From a virus: 42,910 nt of DNA. Location of the stretch: positions 1 through 42,910 of IMG/VR virus record IMGVR_UViG_3300018036_000022; one strand, written 5' to 3'. The translations under genes were made by a program, and so were the position numbers. This document shows positions 37,642 to 42,910 of this stretch, one piece after another (positions within the stretch are counted from its first letter, which is position 1; each line of letters opens with the position of its first letter). Under the pieces are notes generated by a model. It was not told the DNA's origin. It did not search any database and saw only the letters and a list, made by a program, of their open reading frames with translations.

Positions 37642-40600
37642 ATGGCATTGACAAGAATCAAAACGGATCAAGTTCTAGACGGTACAATAACCAACGCCGA
37701 TCTTGCGTCAGACATCGCGCTAAACACTAGTGGAAATATTACGACTAGTGGTGATATTAGTGCTGCAGATATTAGTGCTGCAAACGTAACACTGACTGGT
37801 GAACTTAACGGTCCCGCTACGTTCTATATTGATCCTTCTCCTCATGACCCAGATACAGACGGTTCAACAAACGGTCTTGTTGTTATCCGCGGTGACCTTC
37901 AGATTGACGGTACAACCACTACAGTCAACTCAACCACAATGGACGTCGCTGATCTTAATATCACTCTTGCATCAGGGGCAGCCAATGCAGCTGCAGCGGA
38001 CGGTGCAGGACTAACGGTTGATGGTGCAAGCGCAACGATTCTATATGACGGCACAAACGATGAGTGGGATTTTAATAAAGATATCCACGTAGACACAATA
38101 CTTACTGACACTGGTATTGTTCACGCTGGTGATACTGATACGTATATAAAATTTTTATCAAATAGAATTTATTCAGATGTAGGTGGTAACAGAATACTAG
38201 ACGCGCAAGCGGGAGACGTAAAAATCAACGGGCCTGACGGCTCGGCTGGTATTGCGATTGACACTGGCGGTTATGTTGGTATTGGAGGTGTTACAAATCC
38301 TACTAGAAATTTACATGTAGAGACCGCTGACGCGATTCCACTTAGGATTGAGGGCGAAAGCGATGGCGCAATTTCATATTCGGAGTTCGTAAACGCTTCT
38401 ACTTCTGACGTAGGAAACGGAGTCGGTATAGAATTTAGGGCTTTGACTACTACGCAAGAGCGTCAGCTTTTTTATGTACAAAGTAGTTGGTCAGACAATA
38501 CTGACGCTGATAGAGAAAGTCTAACAAGAATTTTTACGAGTGGAGGTGGCTCTCAAAAAAATCCACTTACTATAGTAGGAGATAAAGTTGGTATAGGTAC
38601 AGGCGCCAATACACCAGACACACTTCTACATATCAGTGCAACTAGTCCACATATTGATATTGGTCCAAAAGGTGGTAATAGAGGTAAGATTGGTTATCAT
38701 GACTTAGATGTTATTATCGGCTCTACGTCAAGCACCGGCGAAATCATCTTTAAGAACAATATAGGTTCAACAGACTCACCGCAGGATAGCGGTGACGTTA
38801 AGATGGTGATTGGCGATACCAACGTAGGTATTGGTGTAGAGACTCCAGAGTCTAGGCTAACGGTCGGCACTAACGCAATCACTACTCTTAAACCTACGGC
38901 AGTTTTTGTGGATGGCGCAAATGGTGGTTCCGTAACAATTCGTGGTCTATCGCCTACGCTTGCATTTGACAAAACAGGAACAAATGCATCAGCAAGAATT
39001 CTACTTGACGGTGGTGCACTACAATTCCGTGATGGCGATTTAGACCAAACGGATCCAAATCAGACAAATTCAGTCACCAGCAATCTTCTGATGGTTCTAT
39101 CACATGATGGTAAGTTGGGTATTGGTAACTTTGGTGACGGTAACACCGCTCCTTATTATATTGATCCAAGTTATCAACTGCACGTCAAAGGTGCTGGAGA
39201 TATTAAGATTGAGGATGACACTGGTGGTGGTTCGGCACACTTAAGAATTGGCGCATCAACCTCTGGCACACGTGACAGTGAATGGAAAGTTAAAGTCTCT
39301 GGCTCTGATGATGAGTTTCATATCGACCATGACTATACTGCTGGTGGTGTTTCTGTTGGAACTACTGCATTTAAGATTTCTGGCGCAACGCATTCGTTGT
39401 ATAATGATAATGATCAACCAACGATTAGGCCTACACTTAACTTAGACTTCGCTAACTCTAAGCAACTTGATCCACGCATTACGTTCAATCGTGAATCAAT
39501 TGGTTCCTACTATGATAATAATAGGGTTTTAAGATACGCTGTTAATAACGAACCACGCTTTGACCACAATCCTGCGACTGGTGAGAGTAAAGGGCTTCTC
39601 ATAGAAGAATCTAGAACCAATCGTGTGGATCAGAGTAGTTACTATCACATGGGCGAATGGGGTGATGCAACATCAACAGATCATCACTACGTATTTAACG
39701 CTGCCAAAGCTCCTGACGGAACATATACCGCAACAAAAATCGTTCCCGGTGAATCTAGTAGTCGTAAAGGAATATATTCCACTACTTTAACAGTGTCAAG
39801 TGGCTGGCAAGTGTTTAGTACATACGCAAAGGCAGCAGGATATGATACTCTTCTCTTGTCGCAAATTTTTGGTTCGAACTCTTCTGGGTATGGTTATAAG
39901 TTTAGATTGGATAACGGAACATATTCGCAAGTGACTACACCTTCCGTCTCAACCATAGTATACATGGAGGATGTTGGAGATGGATGGTACAGGTGTTCAG
40001 TAGCATTTGAGAATACTAATGGTACAAACTATGCAAATATTTTTGTTGGAGATAGTACAGACATTAATAGTTATGACCCATTTTGGAGAACTGTAACAGG
40101 ATCAGGCGATAGAGTAAGTGGAATTCTCATTTGGGGCACACAATACGAATCCGGAGTAGATAATCCATCTTCTTATATTAAGTCTGACGTTAGATTTCTT
40201 TCTAGATCAAGTCGTGCATCTTACCATGATGAAAATGGTTTGTTAAAAATCGCTCCTCAAAACAGTCCTAGGTATGGATACAAGTTTGATGGCGAAAAAT
40301 GGGTAGATGCTGGGCTAATTTTAGAGTTAGCTTCTACAAACATTTTTGGATACTCTAACGACTTTGACGATGATAACTCCGGTGGAGGCGCTTGGGAAGA
40401 CAATCAAAGCGGTGCGAATGCTATAAGAACAACAGCAGTCACATCTCCTGAAGGCATATACAACGCAACTTTCCTTAGGGAGGATTCCGCAACAACAAAC
40501 CACTTTTTACGTGAAACGTTTAGTGAAATAGCTGGTACATATTATTGTTTTTCTCTCTATGCTAAAGCAAATCAAAGAGATGAGCTTAATCTAAACATAG

Positions 40601-41430
40601 GAGCAAGTAGACTTTTTGGTAAATTTGATTTAACAAATGGTACAGTGTTAGAGTTCGGAGATAATAACACTAACTTCACTAATGGTACTGCTGAAATTGA
40701 AAATGTTGGCGATGGTTGGTACAGATGCGCAATCAGAGGATACTCTGTTAATGCTGGTTCTAACTATGTTCGTATTGCTTTAGGCGATGGGGTTGGTACA
40801 GGAAACACACCTTCATATACAGGCGACGGATCTTCTGGACTTTACATATATGGTGCTCAATTAGAAACTGGTAACAGAGTAACAACATATATTCCGACTT
40901 ATGGCGGTTCAGCGACAAGAAGTGCAGATGTAATTTCATCAGGAGATACTCAAAGAAAAGCAGACGATTGCTTTATGCCGGTGTCAGATTGGTATAATCA
41001 AGACCAAGGGACTTTATATGTAGAGCATAATGTCGATAGAGACATTACTAGTGATGCTTGGGGTATCGTTACCATAGAGAACGAAGGAAGTACAGATGAT
41101 TATATCGGTATTAGATATCGTTCAACAGGCACAACGGGTGAAGTTCTATCTTTGAATGGTTCATCTGAAATGTCTGCTTCATCAATTTCAGCAGCCGACT
41201 TAAACTATTTTAACAAAAGCGCATTTGCGTTTGCAACAAACGATGCTGCCGCAGTTGGTAATGGCGGAACAGTGAGTACTGATACAACTGTGACTCTTCC
41301 AAAACTTACAAGAATGACTATAGGTGACGGGGAAGGAATCAATTATATTGGTGGCCACATCAAAAATATTAAATATTATCCAAAGAGACTTGGTAATGCA
41401 GAACTAATAGCATTGACGGAGAATGACTAA
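37642..41430 (+). CDS. Large tail fibre/adhesin with duplicated carbohydrate-binding-like modules and terminal LamG-like domain
   Basis: 'RGDLQIDGTTTTVNSTTMDVADLNITLASG'; two copies of 'SxYAKA...VGDGWYRC' modules; C-terminus 'GGHIKNIKYYPKRLGNAELIALTEND'. Confidence 0.75.
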   Translation: MALTRIKTDQVLDGTITNADLASDIALNTSGNITTSGDISAADISAANVTLTGELNGPATFYIDPSPHDPDTDGSTNGLVVIRGDLQIDGTTTTVNSTTMDVADLNITLASGAANAAAADGAGLTVDGASATILYDGTNDEWDFNKDIHVDTILTDTGIVHAGDTDTYIKFLSNRIYSDVGGNRILDAQAGDVKINGPDGSAGIAIDTGGYVGIGGVTNPTRNLHVETADAIPLRIEGESDGAISYSEFVNASTSDVGNGVGIEFRALTTTQERQLFYVQSSWSDNTDADRESLTRIFTSGGGSQKNPLTIVGDKVGIGTGANTPDTLLHISATSPHIDIGPKGGNRGKIGYHDLDVIIGSTSSTGEIIFKNNIGSTDSPQDSGDVKMVIGDTNVGIGVETPESRLTVGTNAITTLKPTAVFVDGANGGSVTIRGLSPTLAFDKTGTNASARILLDGGALQFRDGDLDQTDPNQTNSVTSNLLMVLSHDGKLGIGNFGDGNTAPYYIDPSYQLHVKGAGDIKIEDDTGGGSAHLRIGASTSGTRDSEWKVKVSGSDDEFHIDHDYTAGGVSVGTTAFKISGATHSLYNDNDQPTIRPTLNLDFANSKQLDPRITFNRESIGSYYDNNRVLRYAVNNEPRFDHNPATGESKGLLIEESRTNRVDQSSYYHMGEWGDATSTDHHYVFNAAKAPDGTYTATKIVPGESSSRKGIYSTTLTVSSGWQVFSTYAKAAGYDTLLLSQIFGSNSSGYGYKFRLDNGTYSQVTTPSVSTIVYMEDVGDGWYRCSVAFENTNGTNYANIFVGDSTDINSYDPFWRTVTGSGDRVSGILIWGTQYESGVDNPSSYIKSDVRFLSRSSRASYHDENGLLKIAPQNSPRYGYKFDGEKWVDAGLILELASTNIFGYSNDFDDDNSGGGAWEDNQSGANAIRTTAVTSPEGIYNATFLREDSATTNHFLRETFSEIAGTYYCFSLYAKANQRDELNLNIGASRLFGKFDLTNGTVLEFGDNNTNFTNGTAEIENVGDGWYRCAIRGYSVNAGSNYVRIALGDGVGTGNTPSYTGDGSSGLYIYGAQLETGNRVTTYIPTYGGSATRSADVISSGDTQRKADDCFMPVSDWYNQDQGTLYVEHNVDRDITSDAWGIVTIENEGSTDDYIGIRYRSTGTTGEVLSLNGSSEMSASSISAADLNYFNKSAFAFATNDAAAVGNGGTVSTDTTVTLPKLTRMTIGDGEGINYIGGHIKNIKYYPKRLGNAELIALTEND
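39435..40920 (+). repeat. Diverged tandem duplication of a binding module inside ORF 37642-41430
   Basis: Copy 1 'QVFSTYAKAAGYDTLLLSQIFG...VGDGWYRCSVAFENTNGTNYANIFVGD'; copy 2 'YCFSLYAKANQRDELNLNIGAS...VGDGWYRCAIRGYSVNAGSNYVRIALGD'. Confidence 0.7.
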
Positions 41431-41432
41431 AA

Positions 41433-42910
41433 ATGGTTAAATTAATTGGAACAAATCCAAACCAAGTACCTAGTAATGCTGATCTTGGAACAGCGGCCTT
41501 TCAGGATGTAACTGACTTCTTGACTGCAAGAGGTTCAAGTCTTTCTGCGATTAATTCTGTTATTCCTAAGACCGCGGTTGACGTGTTCATCTATGACACA
41601 AGTAAAGACTCTGATGGTGGCGCATGGCGTAAGCGTACACAACACACTTCTTGGTATAACGAAAAATTGAATACTACAATCCGAGGTAGTCGTAAAGAGT
41701 TTCCTGCGGTTGCTGTGATTGTGGCTGAATCTACGCAAGTCACTATCTATGACGGTGATGCTCCTGAGTTACTGATGTGGATGATATTCACTTGGAGTGG
41801 AACTGGTAATAGTGCATTGGGATATAATAATAGAGCAAAAAGTGCTGTTACTATGTCAAATGGACAATTAGTAACTTGTAGTGATCCAGATGGTGTTCAC
41901 ATAGCAAGATTTGTATATGATGATGTGGTTAGATACACACATACTGGATATTTTAGAACAACTAATGCTATTGCTGAAAGAACAGGCGTTCCTCATATCA
42001 CCATTAACACAACAAACGTTCTTGTTGCATCAACTTGTAATGATGTAGCCATGACTGTGCTACCCAACGCCCCGATTGATTCAGTTACGGGCTTACCTGT
42101 TCCAACGATTGCGGTGGCGACTAATACTGGCGTGAGTGTGATTAAGGATGATGGGAACGTCTATGATAGCAACACAACAAAAACTATTTCCTGGGTTACT
42201 ATACAAGACGGTACATTATTTCATGAAGTTGGCGATACAGCAAACTTTTCAGAACAAGTAGAACTCTCTAGTATTAACGTTGACGGTTGGTCTGGGGTTA
42301 GATTTGCACAAGGGAGTACAAGTCCAATAAATGTTAGAGGTTCTACTTCACACGGTATTGCGATGACTTCTACTAAGGTAGCTGTCGGATCTGATTTTTC
42401 TGGGGAAGAAGGCCTTGGGGTATATGATAACCCAAATAAAATATCTGTTGCTTCTGGCGGTGATGACGACAGTGGGTACAAGCAAGCCTACATCACCTCC
42501 GACTACAACACAGGTTGGATAAACGGCAACATCAAACTAGCCACCTTGTCCGACACAAATGCGGCAGATGTGACCGGCAGTAGTGAATTGGTGACGAATG
42601 GTACGTTTGATACTGATACGAGTGGGTGGACTGTTAGTGGGTTTTCTCAAAGTGCGGGCGTTATAACAAGTTCAACTTCAGCATCTCAGGCAGATCAAAC
42701 AATAACAACCACAAGCGGCGAAACTTATGTTGTATCATTTGACATTACTGCTAATCACGCAGACAGCCAAAACGGCTTATATATTAGAAATGCCGATGCT
42801 TCTTCACATGTTGATTTTAGGGTAAATAATCAAACAGGGCCTTTTAGTGGAACATTTCAAGCGACTGGTTCGTCAATGATTATTAGGCTTTATAACGGCT
42901 CCTCAGCAGG
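41433..42910 (+). CDS. Putative adhesin/structural protein, truncated by the right edge (not in the supplied ORF track)
   Basis: My translation from ATG 41433 stays open to the end of the window: 'MVKLIGTNPNQVPSNADLGTAAFQDVTDFLTARGSSLSAINSVIPKTAVDVFIYDTSKDSDGGAWRKRTQHTSWYNEKLN...SELVTNGTFDTDTSGWTVSGFSQSAGVITSSTSASQADQTITTTSGETYVVSFDI...'. The last part is CBM_4_9-like. Confidence 0.8.
   Translation, partial: MVKLIGTNPNQVPSNADLGTAAFQDVTDFLTARGSSLSAINSVIPKTAVDVFIYDTSKDSDGGAWRKRTQHTSWYNEKLNTTIRGSRKEFPAVAVIVAESTQVTIYDGDAPELLMWMIFTWSGTGNSALGYNNRAKSAVTMSNGQLVTCSDPDGVHIARFVYDDVVRYTHTGYFRTTNAIAERTGVPHITINTTNVLVASTCNDVAMTVLPNAPIDSVTGLPVPTIAVATNTGVSVIKDDGNVYDSNTTKTISWVTIQDGTLFHEVGDTANFSEQVELSSINVDGWSGVRFAQGSTSPINVRGSTSHGIAMTSTKVAVGSDFSGEEGLGVYDNPNKISVASGGDDDSGYKQAYITSDYNTGWINGNIKLATLSDTNAADVTGSSELVTNGTFDTDTSGWTVSGFSQSAGVITSSTSASQADQTITTTSGETYVVSFDITANHADSQNGLYIRNADASSHVDFRVNNQTGPFSGTFQATGSSMIIRLYNGSSA

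Noticed and set aside
1-42910. Defence island, retroelement/DGR or toxin-antitoxin system
   Set aside because: No reverse transcriptase, template/variable repeat pair, nuclease or toxin-like ORF could be recognised; all convincing genes fit a virion structural module.

Overview
The whole window reads as one contiguous late structural module (baseplate, spike, wedge, tail fibre/adhesin genes) of a T4-like myovirus, cut at both edges. Marine or cyanophage/pelagiphage affinity is an inference from protein style, not proven here. Order from the left: 3' end of a gp27-like hub protein, gp5-like OB-fold plus beta-helix spike without a lysozyme domain, a LamG + M15-like peptidase fusion, a small ORF, a one-TM coiled-coil protein, a PAAR spike tip, gp25, gp6, a gp7-like protein, gp8, a 2210-aa DUF4815-like protein, two small conserved proteins, then a long run of probable tail fibre/adhesin proteins. 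The adhesin run includes a beta-helix protein, two adjacent paralogous proteins, a leucine-rich-repeat (LRR) protein, one minus-strand gene, and several proteins with shared or duplicated binding modules. The most interesting points are: (1) the 853-aa LRR protein inside the adhesin locus; (2) the peptidase apparently moved out of gp5 into a LamG fusion; (3) a compact divergent cluster of four TATAAATA late-promoter motifs flanking the single inverted adhesin gene; (4) module duplication and shuffling across the adhesins. No tRNA, rRNA, CRISPR, integrase or transposase signal was recognised, and I see no clear evidence of a defence system. A truncated adhesin-like ORF at the right edge (41433 to the end) is absent from the ORF track.
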